The translations under genes were made by a program, and so were the position numbers. DNA of 60,887 nt, filler included. It is 2 parts of 2 records of this genome, joined end to end, with 100 filler letters (N's around TTAATTAATTAA, not from the genome) between each part and the next. Parts side by side here need not be neighbours in the genome. Positions count along the whole stretch, not along the records: positions 1 to 31,278 come from SRR31156797_4011; positions 31,379 to 60,887 come from SRR31156797_4017. One strand, written 5' to 3'. Below are positions 28,762-37,677 of this stretch, one piece after another; positions within the stretch are counted from its first letter, which is position 1; each line of letters starts with the position of its first letter. The notes beneath the pieces were generated by a model. That model was not told the DNA's origin and made no database searches. It saw only the letters and a list, made by a program, of their open reading frames with translations.

Positions 28762-29739
28762 ATGAACATCCCCATGGAACCCATTCGGCTCACGGCAATG
28801 ATGAGTGCCCAGATGCTGCCCAAAGCTCTGGTGGACTTTGCCACGCTTGCGGCTATCGGTGCCCCGATCATGGCTGTGATCCTTGAAATTACGGCCAAGG
28901 CCCGTAAAAAGATCTTTTATGACAAGCTCGCCCAGCAAGTTACAGCACTAACCTTGGTCCTATACCTGCTCTTCACCATCTGCCTCGGAAGCGCCGGCGC
29001 ATTCTTCAGCCGCCAAATGCCATGGCTTAAGGATTGGTTTATTAACCCTGCTTCTCCGGTAATGATGTTTTACATCACTTTGGGAATCGCTCTAGCAGGA
29101 CTTATACCTTATAAATATAGCTGGAAAAAGCTCAAGAAAAACAAACCGCTGCACATGATGCTCGGCACAGTGGGCGCATTGGGAGGAGTTGCATCCATCC
29201 ACGTAGCCACAGTGATCATGCAAAAATTTTTCACCCTGCAGATGGAAAATCCCAACCCGACGGTTCCGGCAGTTCCCTTTTACACACATTTTCAGCTACT
29301 GCCCGGTAAGGCAGGGCTGTGTCTGGCCGGAATTTACCTGATTATGGCCCTTGCCTTTGCTGCGACAGCCTCCGGTCTTTACCTGGTACTACGCCGTAAC
29401 AAAGATGACTTCGGTCGCGATTACTACAAATTCACCCTTCCGGTAGTAGCCCGCTGGGCATTGTTCCCTTCCCTGCTGCAACTGGCAGCCTCAGGCGGTG
29501 TAATTTACTATATCTGCGGCCCCAACATCACTTTGCTGTACAAGAACCTGCCCGTTGCCCTCAGCTTCGGCGTATCCCTGCTGCTAACCACGATCTGCTG
29601 CGCAATCTGGATAGTAACATGGAGAAGCGAAACCCCCATGCGCCATAAAATCGGCCTCGGACTGACACCGCTTTTGGTCATCCTCGCCCATGCAACACTC
29701 ATGGCCGGGACCATGAATCTGTATCTGAGCCTTTCCTAA
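28762..29739 (+). CDS. Polytopic membrane protein, possibly a degenerate cytochrome bd subunit I (CydA')-like protein
   Basis: About 8 TM segments; 'ILE...YDKLA' and 'YSWKKL..NKPLH..LG' resemble CydA-like helices. Confidence 0.6.
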   Translation: MNIPMEPIRLTAMMSAQMLPKALVDFATLAAIGAPIMAVILEITAKARKKIFYDKLAQQVTALTLVLYLLFTICLGSAGAFFSRQMPWLKDWFINPASPVMMFYITLGIALAGLIPYKYSWKKLKKNKPLHMMLGTVGALGGVASIHVATVIMQKFFTLQMENPNPTVPAVPFYTHFQLLPGKAGLCLAGIYLIMALAFAATASGLYLVLRRNKDDFGRDYYKFTLPVVARWALFPSLLQLAASGGVIYYICGPNITLLYKNLPVALSFGVSLLLTTICCAIWIVTWRSETPMRHKIGLGLTPLLVILAHATLMAGTMNLYLSLS

Positions 29740-29760
29740 GGCTACTCCCTATAAAAAAGT

Positions 29761-29793
29761 AAAGGCTTCTTCGGTTAACGAAGAAGCCTTTTT
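29761..29793 (+). terminator. Intrinsic terminator
   Basis: AAAGGCTTCTTCG/CGAAGAAGCCTTT plus T-run. Confidence 0.8.
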
Positions 29794-29807
29794 TATTGCT
29801 GCTCACG

Positions 29808-29842
29808 AAAAATCCCCCTGACGCATCAGCATCAGGGGGATT
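29808..29842 (-). terminator. Intrinsic terminator after cheA
   Basis: AATCCCCCTGA/TCAGGGGGATT stem with upstream A-run. Confidence 0.75.
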
Positions 29843-29867
29843 AATTATTCTATTATAAAACTGACAG

Positions 29868-31277
29868 CTACTGAATGCCGCCACCCTTAACCGTTGCCAT
29901 GCTGTAAACCTCATGGGGATCAAGGATAAGAACAACGCTACCGTCACCCATAATGGTCGCACCGGACACGCCTTTGAGATCAAAGCCGTTAAGGTAGTTA
30001 CCAAGTGGTTTGATAACGATTTCCTGACGCTCAAGCAGCCTGTCTACAACCAATCCGAGTCGACGGTCATTGTCGTGGACAATAACAACCGGCAATACTT
30101 CACGATCAGGATCGCTGACTGGCTGTTCCAGCAATTCGGCAAGCTCAGCAATACCGAGCACCTCACCACGCAGGGTAACAGCTTTACGGTTGTTAACTTC
30201 AGTAAGCCTTTCCGCCTCGATCTTAGTGGTTTCAGAAACCGCATCAAGAGGAATAGCGTAATTTGCACCGTTAATCTGAACCATAAGCGCATCAATGATC
30301 GCCAGAGTCAGCGGCAGGGTCAGCGTAAACTTGGACCCCTTACCCACTTCAGATGAAATGTGAACACTACCTTTGAGATCCTTGATGTTATTACGCACAA
30401 CATCCATACCTACGCCTCGACCGGAAATGTCAGTAACCTTTTCAGCGGAGGAGAAGCCCGGAGCAAAAATCAGCTCAATAGCTTCGCGGTCATCAAGATT
30501 GCGAGCCTCTTCCGGAGAAATGACTCCTTTCTTGATGGCGACATTACGCATCTTTTCAGGATCAATTCCACGACCATCATCCTCGACCTCAATGGCAACA
30601 GAGTTACCCTTGTGGTAAGCACGCAGCCAAACATGCCCCTGCGGGGTCTTTCCGTTAGCAATACGCTCTTCTTCAGGCTCAAGGCCATGATCAACAGAGT
30701 TCCTGATCAGGTGGACAAGAGGATCACCAATTTCCTCGACAACACTCTTATCGAGTTCAGTCTCTTCACCTTCGGTTATCAACTCAACCCGCTTGCCGCT
30801 CTTACGGCTAAGGTCGCGAACCAAACGCGGGAACCTAGAAAATACCGTCTGAACCGCGACCATGCGGACCTTCATAATAGTGTCCTGCAGGTCATCGGAA
30901 ATTCGGGACAAGGCATATGTGGTTTCAGTCAGCTGCTGAGCAACAACCGGAACTTCAAGATGTCCTTCCTCAAGACCACGGGCAAGCATGGTGTAACGGC
31001 CCCTGCTAATGATAAGTTCACCGATCAGGTTCATAAGATGGTCGAGCTTCTGATGGTCAACCCTGATAGTGGACATAGCCTTGGGCTTGCCAGTCTTGGC
31101 AGGAGCTCCAGCTGCTGGTTTAGTCTTGGCAGCAGTCTTTGCCGCGGGCTTAGCTGCCGGTTTAGCTGCCGGTTTAGCTGCCGGTTTAGCCTTGGCTTCC
31201 GCTTTAGGAGCAGCCTTTGGTTCGGGCTTAGGCTTAGGCTCAGGCTTAGGCTTAGGCTCGGGCTTAGGCTCGGGCTT
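29868..31277 (-). CDS. cheA: Chemotaxis histidine kinase CheA, 5'-truncated at contig edge
   Basis: P3 'TIRVD..KLDHLMNLIGELII', P4 'HLIRNSVDHG', 'DDGRGID', 'GRGVGMDVV', P5 CheW-like domain; the frame stays open through a KPEP/AAKP linker up to the Ns, so ATG 31076 is internal. Confidence 0.95.
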   Translation of the reverse strand, partial: KPEPKPEPKPKPEPKPKPEPKAAPKAEAKAKPAAKPAAKPAAKPAAKTAAKTKPAAGAPAKTGKPKAMSTIRVDHQKLDHLMNLIGELIISRGRYTMLARGLEEGHLEVPVVAQQLTETTYALSRISDDLQDTIMKVRMVAVQTVFSRFPRLVRDLSRKSGKRVELITEGEETELDKSVVEEIGDPLVHLIRNSVDHGLEPEEERIANGKTPQGHVWLRAYHKGNSVAIEVEDDGRGIDPEKMRNVAIKKGVISPEEARNLDDREAIELIFAPGFSSAEKVTDISGRGVGMDVVRNNIKDLKGSVHISSEVGKGSKFTLTLPLTLAIIDALMVQINGANYAIPLDAVSETTKIEAERLTEVNNRKAVTLRGEVLGIAELAELLEQPVSDPDREVLPVVIVHDNDRRLGLVVDRLLERQEIVIKPLGNYLNGFDLKGVSGATIMGDGSVVLILDPHEVYSMATVKGGGIQ

Positions 31278-31278
31278 A
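31141..31278. repeat. Low-complexity tandem repeats encoding the CheA Pro/Lys/Ala linker
   Basis: GCCGGTTTAGCT-type 12-mers (AAKP) and GGCTTA/GGCTCG 6-mers (KP/EP). Confidence 0.85.
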
Positions 31279-31378
31279 NNNNNNNNNNNNNNNNNNNNNN
31301 NNNNNNNNNNNNNNNNNNNNNNTTAATTAATTAANNNNNNNNNNNNNNNNNNNNNNNNNNNNNNNNNNNNNNNNNNNN
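31279..31378. other. Artificial contig-joining linker
   Basis: 44 N + TTAATTAATTAA (stop codons in all six frames) + 44 N = exactly 100 bp. Confidence 0.98.
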
Positions 31379-31408
31379 AGTGCTCTGAACCAACTGAGCT
31401 AATCGCCC
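31379..31408 (-). tRNA. Partial tRNA, 5' 30 nt, probably tRNA-Val
   Basis: Minus strand GGGCGATTAGCTCAGTTGGTTCAGAGCACT = acceptor 5' strand + D-arm; the anticodon falls in the gap, so identity is inferred. Confidence 0.75.
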
Positions 31409-31417
31409 CTGAGGCTG

Positions 31418-31425
31418 CAAATATA
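31418..31425 (-). promoter_or_regulatory. Bacteroidota sigmaA -7 element (TAnnTTTG) for the tRNA
   Basis: TATATTTG on minus strand about 10 nt upstream of the tRNA 5' end. Confidence 0.75.
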
Positions 31426-31465
31426 AGCAGATTATTTTATGCTGCAATAAAAAAGTGATTTTTGT

Positions 31466-32752
31466 TTAAACAACTTCAGCAACTACAAATGTACTTCCAC
31501 CAACAAAAATTAAATCCTCATCAGAAGAATTTGCAATTGCATTCTCCAAGGCTTCTGATACCAAAGCATACGCATTTCCAGCTAATCCAAACTTTTTTGA
31601 CTGCTCTTTAAGAACATTTTCATCCAATGCTCTTGGAATCGAAGCTTTGGTAAAATAGTAAGTTGCTTCCTTTGGCATCAAACTCAATACTTCTTCAATA
31701 TTCTTATCATCTACCATTCCAAATACAAAACTTAGTTTTCTGTATTCAGTTCTCTCAATTTGCTCTAATATTTCTCTAATTCCGGCAACATTGTGTCCCG
31801 TATCGCATATAACCTTAGGATTATTCTGAAGAATCTGCCAACGACCTAAAAGTCCGGTATTTTTTACAATATTTTCCAAACCCTTTTTCAAATCACTCTG
31901 TCTAATCTCAATTCCTAACTTAACCAATTCATCGCAAGTGCAAATTGCCGTTCTTATATTATCTTGCTGATATTGTCCCAATAAATCACACGACAGTTCT
32001 ATCTGATTAGCATTTAAACCAGACATATAATTCAACTCCTGATTTTCTTTTTGAGAATTAGCACTCACTAATGTGTATAAATCCTCAGCAAAATGCAATT
32101 CGGTTTCTCTCTCATCAGCTATAGCACAAAACAGATCCGCAATTTCAGGCTGTTTTTTTCCAACAATCACAGGAATATCTTTTTTTATTATACCTGCTTT
32201 TTCTCTTGCAATATCAACCAATTCCGTTCCCAAAAAGGCTGTGTGATCTTTGCTAATATTTGTGATTACCGATAAAAGAGGAGCTATAATATTTGTTGAA
32301 TCCAATCTTCCTCCCAATCCTACTTCAATTACTGCGATGTCTACTTTTTCTTTTTCAAAATAATCAAAAGCCATTGCCACTGTCATTTCGAAAAAAGAGG
32401 GATGTAACTCTTCAAATTTTTCTTTATTATTTTCTATAAAATCAATAACAGCATCTTCTGTAATAAGCTCACCGTTAATTTTAATTCTCTCTCGAAAATC
32501 ACGCAAATGAGGAGATGTATACAAGCCAACTTTTAATCCAGATTCTTGTAAAACTGAAGCTACAGAATGTGAAACTGACCCCTTTCCATTTGTTCCAGCT
32601 ACATGAACAGTCTTAAATTTTGTATGTGGGTGATTGAAATAGTTATCTAAAGCCAAAGTAGTATCTAAGTTCGCCTTATAAGCAGCTTTTCCTGTACGTT
32701 GATACATAGGCAGCTGAGTAAACATATAATCTAAAGTTTCCTGGTAATTCAT
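31466..32752 (-). CDS. folC: Folylpolyglutamate synthase/dihydrofolate synthase
   Basis: 'HVAGTNGKGS', 'YTSPHL', 'EVGLGGRLDSTN', 'DTGHN'. Confidence 0.96.
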   Translation of the reverse strand: MNYQETLDYMFTQLPMYQRTGKAAYKANLDTTLALDNYFNHPHTKFKTVHVAGTNGKGSVSHSVASVLQESGLKVGLYTSPHLRDFRERIKINGELITEDAVIDFIENNKEKFEELHPSFFEMTVAMAFDYFEKEKVDIAVIEVGLGGRLDSTNIIAPLLSVITNISKDHTAFLGTELVDIAREKAGIIKKDIPVIVGKKQPEIADLFCAIADERETELHFAEDLYTLVSANSQKENQELNYMSGLNANQIELSCDLLGQYQQDNIRTAICTCDELVKLGIEIRQSDLKKGLENIVKNTGLLGRWQILQNNPKVICDTGHNVAGIREILEQIERTEYRKLSFVFGMVDDKNIEEVLSLMPKEATYYFTKASIPRALDENVLKEQSKKFGLAGNAYALVSEALENAIANSSDEDLIFVGGSTFVVAEVV

Positions 32753-33015
32753 AATAAATTCGATACAGAAATTGTTGTTTTTGCAAAGAAGTATAAAATT
32801 TTTTAAAAAAGTATTTTACATCGTAATTTTCCTTCAAAAATTGCTAAATTAAAAGTATAATTGCTGTCAGGAATTGAATCTAAAAAAATCCATCTTACCT
32901 TTTATAGATTTATTCTAATAACCAGAAGTTTAACCTCATTCTTTTCTGATCAGCTGAATTCTAAGCATCAAATCGATCAATTTTTGGTCGTTATTAACCT
33001 CTAAAATCTTAAGTT

Positions 33016-34344
33016 ATGGCTAAACTCAAAAAGATTTTCGTTTTGGATACCAATGTAATCCTTCACGACTTTAACTCGATTTATAATTTTGAAGAAAACG
33101 ATGTTATTATTCCTATTACAGTTCTCGAAGAGCTTGATAAGTTTAAGAAAGGAAACGATCAAATAAATTTTCACGCCAGAGAATTTAGCAGGGAACTTGA
33201 CAGAATATCAGGAGATAAGCTTTTCACTGATGGTGTAAACCTAGGAAAAGGATTAGGAAATTTATTCGTTGAAACTGGAAAAGAGTTTTCTCAGGAAATG
33301 AAAACATCCTTTCAAGAGAATATTCCAGATCATAGAATTTTAGCAATTACTGAGCACATTTTCAAAGAATACAAACGTAAAAAAGTGATTTTGGTATCAA
33401 AAGATATTAACCTAAGAATGAAAGCAAAATCACTTGGAATACCTGCTGAAGATTACAAAAATGATCAGGTACAAGATTTAGATGATGTGATTAGTTTAGG
33501 AATTACTACTCTTGAAAATTTCGATGATGCAAAAATTTCCACTCTATATAAATCCAATGAAGGTATTCCTGAAGATGAATTTAACGAAAGCATACCTAAC
33601 GGACATGAATATTACATTTTGAAAGGAGCTTCATCGAGTGCCCTTGCACATTTCGATCCAATAGAAAAATTAGTTACCCGAGTAGAGAAACCAAATGCTT
33701 ATGGAATATATCCTAGAAATGCAGAACAAACTTTTTCTATGCATGCGCTATTGGATACAAAAATATCATTAGTCGCATTAACAGGACGGGCTGGTACAGG
33801 AAAAACTCTACTAGCTTTGGCTACTGCTTTAGCTCAAATTGATATGTATGATCAAATATTTCTGGCGAGACCAATTGTAGCTTTGGCAAATAAAGATTTG
33901 GGATATTTACCTGGCGATGCGAAAGAAAAAATTGGTCCTTACATGCAACCGCTATTCGACAACCTAAGTGTAATCAAACACAAGTTCAATATTCACAGTA
34001 AGGAATATCTAAAAATTGATGAATTGTTAAAAGATGATAGATTACAAATAACACCACTGGCGTACATACGTGGTAGAAGTTTATCTAATACATTCTTTAT
34101 TGTAGACGAAGCACAAAACCTTACACCTCACGAAATCAAAACAATTATTACCCGAGCAGGCGAAGGAACAAAAATGATATTCACTGGAGATATTGAACAA
34201 ATTGATTCCCCTTATCTGGATAAAAAATCGAACGGGTTGGCATATTTATCAGACAGAATGAAAGGTCAGGATATTTTCGCTCATGTGAATCTTATTAAAG
34301 GAGAAAGAAGTCACTTGGCTGAGCTTGCAAGTAATTTACTGTAA
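33016..34344 (+). CDS. PhoH2 (PIN ribonuclease + PhoH ATPase/helicase)
   Basis: PIN 'FVLDTNVILHD..VLEELD..DHRIL..SKDINLR'; Walker A 'GRAGTGKT'; 'YIRGRS', 'VDEAQN', 'TRAG', 'GDIEQID'. Confidence 0.93.
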   Translation: MAKLKKIFVLDTNVILHDFNSIYNFEENDVIIPITVLEELDKFKKGNDQINFHAREFSRELDRISGDKLFTDGVNLGKGLGNLFVETGKEFSQEMKTSFQENIPDHRILAITEHIFKEYKRKKVILVSKDINLRMKAKSLGIPAEDYKNDQVQDLDDVISLGITTLENFDDAKISTLYKSNEGIPEDEFNESIPNGHEYYILKGASSSALAHFDPIEKLVTRVEKPNAYGIYPRNAEQTFSMHALLDTKISLVALTGRAGTGKTLLALATALAQIDMYDQIFLARPIVALANKDLGYLPGDAKEKIGPYMQPLFDNLSVIKHKFNIHSKEYLKIDELLKDDRLQITPLAYIRGRSLSNTFFIVDEAQNLTPHEIKTIITRAGEGTKMIFTGDIEQIDSPYLDKKSNGLAYLSDRMKGQDIFAHVNLIKGERSHLAELASNLL

Positions 34345-34446
34345 CAATGACACTTGCATTCCTCCTAAATTTATTTTAATTTGAATAGAGAATTGGAACT
34401 CATTTTTTCAAATGAGTTCTATCCCATTAAATGAAATTTACCGCGT

Positions 34447-35352
34447 ATGAAAATTATGAAATTTGCCGCCATTGATATCGGATCTAACGCAATCCGACTG
34501 CTGTTTATGAATGTATTTGAGGAAGGTGGAAATACGCATTTTAAAAAATCATCTTTAATCAGGGTTCCAATTCGTTTGGGAACCGACACTTTTATTGATA
34601 AGTTTATTTCTCCAACAAAAGGCGAAAAACTTATCAAAGCAATGAAAGCCTTTCGTAATCTTATGGAAGTGCACGAGGTTGTAAATTACCGTGCTTGTGC
34701 GACTTCAGCAATGCGAGAAGCTGCTAACGGTGCGGAAATTATTCAACGAATTGAAAATGAAAGTCAGATTAAAATTGATATCATAGATGGTAAGGAAGAA
34801 GCCAGTATAATTTTTGATAATAAAATTGCTGACAAGTTAGAACCCAATAAAGATTACCTTTATGTTGATGTTGGTGGTGGTAGTACAGAAATCACACTTT
34901 TTTCAAAAGGAATCTGTACATTCTCGGCATCATTTAATGTGGGTACAATTAAAATATTAAAAGATTGTGTTCCAAAGGGAGAATTTATTCGGATTAAAGA
35001 ATGTTTGTTAGACATTTGTCCGAATTGTGAGAACATTGAAATTATTGGTTCTGGTGGAAATATCAATAGATTGGTTAAACTAGCTGCTCCAAAAAAAGAA
35101 AAACATCTTAGTTACAAGGAATTAAAATCCATATTCTACGATCTCAAAAGGTACTCATACGATGAGTTAATGATAAATTACGATATGAATCCCGATCGTG
35201 CTGATGTAATTATTCCTGCTGCTACCATATTCTTAAGCGTTATGGAATGGGCGAAGGCTGAGCGAATTCATGTACCTAAAATTGGTGTAACCGATGGTAT
35301 TGTTCATCAACTTTACAAGGAATACAAGACTAATGAGCTCCTTATTAGTTAA
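34447..35352 (+). CDS. ppx: Ppx/GppA family exopolyphosphatase (short form)
   Basis: 'AAIDIGSNAIRL', 'ATSAMREA', 'GKEEA', 'DVGGGSTE', 'DRADVI'; start may be the second ATG (34456). Confidence 0.9.
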   Translation: MKIMKFAAIDIGSNAIRLLFMNVFEEGGNTHFKKSSLIRVPIRLGTDTFIDKFISPTKGEKLIKAMKAFRNLMEVHEVVNYRACATSAMREAANGAEIIQRIENESQIKIDIIDGKEEASIIFDNKIADKLEPNKDYLYVDVGGGSTEITLFSKGICTFSASFNVGTIKILKDCVPKGEFIRIKECLLDICPNCENIEIIGSGGNINRLVKLAAPKKEKHLSYKELKSIFYDLKRYSYDELMINYDMNPDRADVIIPAATIFLSVMEWAKAERIHVPKIGVTDGIVHQLYKEYKTNELLIS

Positions 35353-35369
35353 AAACGTATTTCTTTTTG

Positions 35370-35377
35370 TAGATTTG
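35370..35377 (+). promoter_or_regulatory. Bacteroidota -7 element upstream of mtaB
   Basis: TAGATTTG matches TAnnTTTG. Confidence 0.55.
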
Positions 35378-35482
35378 CAAATCATTTAATTTAGATAATT
35401 TTGAACTGTTTCAATTCATTTTGAAATGGTTCTTTTTTTATCTGAAAATCAAAAAAAACAATCAGCAGAAGGGAAGAAAATT

Positions 35483-36817
35483 ATGTTGGAAGGAAAAACA
35501 GTTGCATTTTACACACTGGGATGTAAGTTGAATTTTTCTGAAACTTCAACCATTGGAAGATCATTTAAAGAGATGGGATTCGAAACGGTGAAGATGACAG
35601 AAAAAGCTGATATATACGTTATCAATACCTGTTCAGTAACCGATCAGGCTGATAAAAAGTGCCGTCAAGCAATCAAAAAGGTGATTAAAACAAATCCAAA
35701 CGCTTTTATTGCTGTTATTGGATGTTATGCACAGCTAAAACCACAAGAGATCCTTGCCATTCCTGGCGTAGATTTGGTATTGGGTGCAAACGAGAAATTC
35801 AACATTCACAAATACATCGATCATTTAGAAAAAAATGGAACCGGTGAACTTCAGCCTTGCGAAGTTGAATCTGTAAAAGATTTTCACTCTTCCTATTCTA
35901 TGGGCGATAGAACCCGTTGTTTCCTGAAAATTCAAGATGGTTGTAATTATTTCTGCACCTATTGCACTATTCCTTTTGCAAGAGGAAGAAGCAGAAACAG
36001 TAGCATTGCCGAAACCGTGAAGCAAGCCGAAAAAGTTGCCGAACAAGGTGCAAAAGAAATCATTTTAACGGGTGTTAATATTGGTGATTTTGGTAAAAGT
36101 ACCAACGAAACTTTTCTTGAACTGATAAAAGAGCTAGAGAAAGTTGAAGGCATAGAACGATTTCGAATTTCATCGATAGAGCCCAACCTACTGAGTAATG
36201 ATATTATTGATTTTGTTGCCAGTTCGAAGAAATTTGTAAATCATTTTCATATTCCATTACAAGCAGGATCGAACAAAGTTCTTAAATTGATGAAACGTAG
36301 ATACGACCGAGAACTTTTTGCTCAGCGTATCGAAAAAATAAAAACTCTATTACCCGATGCATTTATTGGTGTTGATGTAATTGCCGGAAGTCGAGGTGAA
36401 AGAGAAGAGGATTTTAATGAGGCGTACAAGTTCATTAACGAATTGCCTATAAGTCAACTTCATGTTTTTCCTTACTCGGAAAGACAAGGAACAAAAGCTT
36501 TGGAAATCAAGGAATCGGTACCTGTTCAAGAAAGAAAACAGAGAGCTAAAATGCTTCAAATATTATCAGGTAAAAAGTTAAGAGCATTTTATCAGGATCA
36601 TTTAAATCAAGAAACAGAAGTTCTTTTCGAGGGATATAATGATCATGGCAAAATGTATGGATTTACCGAGAACTACATTAAAGTTGAAATTCCTTACAAT
36701 TTGAACCTAAGCAACCAGTTGGCAATGGTGAACCTGAAAGAAATTAATGAAAAAGGCAATGTTGAAGCCGAATTACTAAATACGAACGAATTTAGTTTTA
36801 AACCAATTATTCAATAA
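35483..36817 (+). CDS. mtaB: tRNA t6A37 methylthiotransferase MtaB
   Basis: 'TLGCKLNFSE', 'NTCSVT', radical SAM 'GCNYFCTYC', 'HVFPYSER'; ATG 35483 preferred over 35426. Confidence 0.93.
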   Translation: MLEGKTVAFYTLGCKLNFSETSTIGRSFKEMGFETVKMTEKADIYVINTCSVTDQADKKCRQAIKKVIKTNPNAFIAVIGCYAQLKPQEILAIPGVDLVLGANEKFNIHKYIDHLEKNGTGELQPCEVESVKDFHSSYSMGDRTRCFLKIQDGCNYFCTYCTIPFARGRSRNSSIAETVKQAEKVAEQGAKEIILTGVNIGDFGKSTNETFLELIKELEKVEGIERFRISSIEPNLLSNDIIDFVASSKKFVNHFHIPLQAGSNKVLKLMKRRYDRELFAQRIEKIKTLLPDAFIGVDVIAGSRGEREEDFNEAYKFINELPISQLHVFPYSERQGTKALEIKESVPVQERKQRAKMLQILSGKKLRAFYQDHLNQETEVLFEGYNDHGKMYGFTENYIKVEIPYNLNLSNQLAMVNLKEINEKGNVEAELLNTNEFSFKPIIQ

Positions 36818-36828
36818 AATCATCTATC

Positions 36829-37629
36829 ATGAATATGCTTGAGGAACTGTGTTTAAAAACCAAGGATATTGCTAAAAAGGCAGGATACTTTATTAAAGAT
36901 CAACAAGGCAAAATAAAAGCCGATGTAGTTGAAACGAAAGGTATGCACGATTTTGTTACCTATGTTGATAAAACAGCCGAAGAGTTAATTGTAAAAGAAT
37001 TAAAAGAAATTTTACCCGAATCAGGTTTTATTGCAGAAGAAGGAACAGAAACTTTTCGTGCCGATCGCTACAATTGGATTATTGATCCGCTTGATGGAAC
37101 GACCAATTACATACATGGCTTCTCACCCTTTGCAGTTAGTATAGCATTGCAGGAAAACAATGAAATTGTATTAGGAGTTGTTTACGAAATTAGTTTAGAT
37201 GAGTGCTTCTACTCCTGGAAAGGAGCTGATGGCGCATTTTTAAATGGCAATACAGTTCGTGTTTCCAAAGCAAAAACTGTTGACGCCTCGCTAATCGCAA
37301 CAGGTTTTCCTTATTACGACTACGATTTATTGAAAAATTTCATGGCAACATTAGAATATTTTATTCTAAACTCGCATGGTGTTCGAAGACCCGGTTCTGC
37401 TGCTACCGATTTGGCTTATGTAGCTTGCGGTAGATTCGAAGCCTTTTACGAGTACAGCCTGCAAGCCTGGGATGTTGCTGCCGGATCGTTCCTGGTAAAA
37501 CAAGCTGGAGGAGCGGTATGTGATTTTAAAGGTGGAGATGATTATATTTTCGGAAAAGAAATCATTGCTTCAAACGGATTGGTTCAGGAAGAATTTAAAT
37601 CTGTTGTTCAAAAGCATATGCTCAAGTAA
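36829..37629 (+). CDS. suhB: Inositol monophosphatase family protein
   Basis: 'WIIDPLDGTTNY', 'RRPGSAATDLAYVACGR', 'WDVAAG'. Confidence 0.92.
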   Translation: MNMLEELCLKTKDIAKKAGYFIKDQQGKIKADVVETKGMHDFVTYVDKTAEELIVKELKEILPESGFIAEEGTETFRADRYNWIIDPLDGTTNYIHGFSPFAVSIALQENNEIVLGVVYEISLDECFYSWKGADGAFLNGNTVRVSKAKTVDASLIATGFPYYDYDLLKNFMATLEYFILNSHGVRRPGSAATDLAYVACGRFEAFYEYSLQAWDVAAGSFLVKQAGGAVCDFKGGDDYIFGKEIIASNGLVQEEFKSVVQKHMLK

Positions 37630-37677
37630 AACAATCATCTTTTTTTGTACTTTCGAAAAACAATTAAGACATACTTA

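Noticed and set aside
31141-31278. Tandem repeats as a CRISPR array or VNTR locus
   Set aside because: No unique spacers; in-frame coding repeats of the CheA linker, which probably caused the contig break
30360-31334. 324-aa and 85-aa plus-strand ORFs running into the Ns
   Set aside because: Antisense to cheA; they end only at the artificial linker stops
31323-31334. TTAATTAATTAA palindrome as a biological site
   Set aside because: Centred in symmetric N-runs; a six-frame-stop assembly spacer
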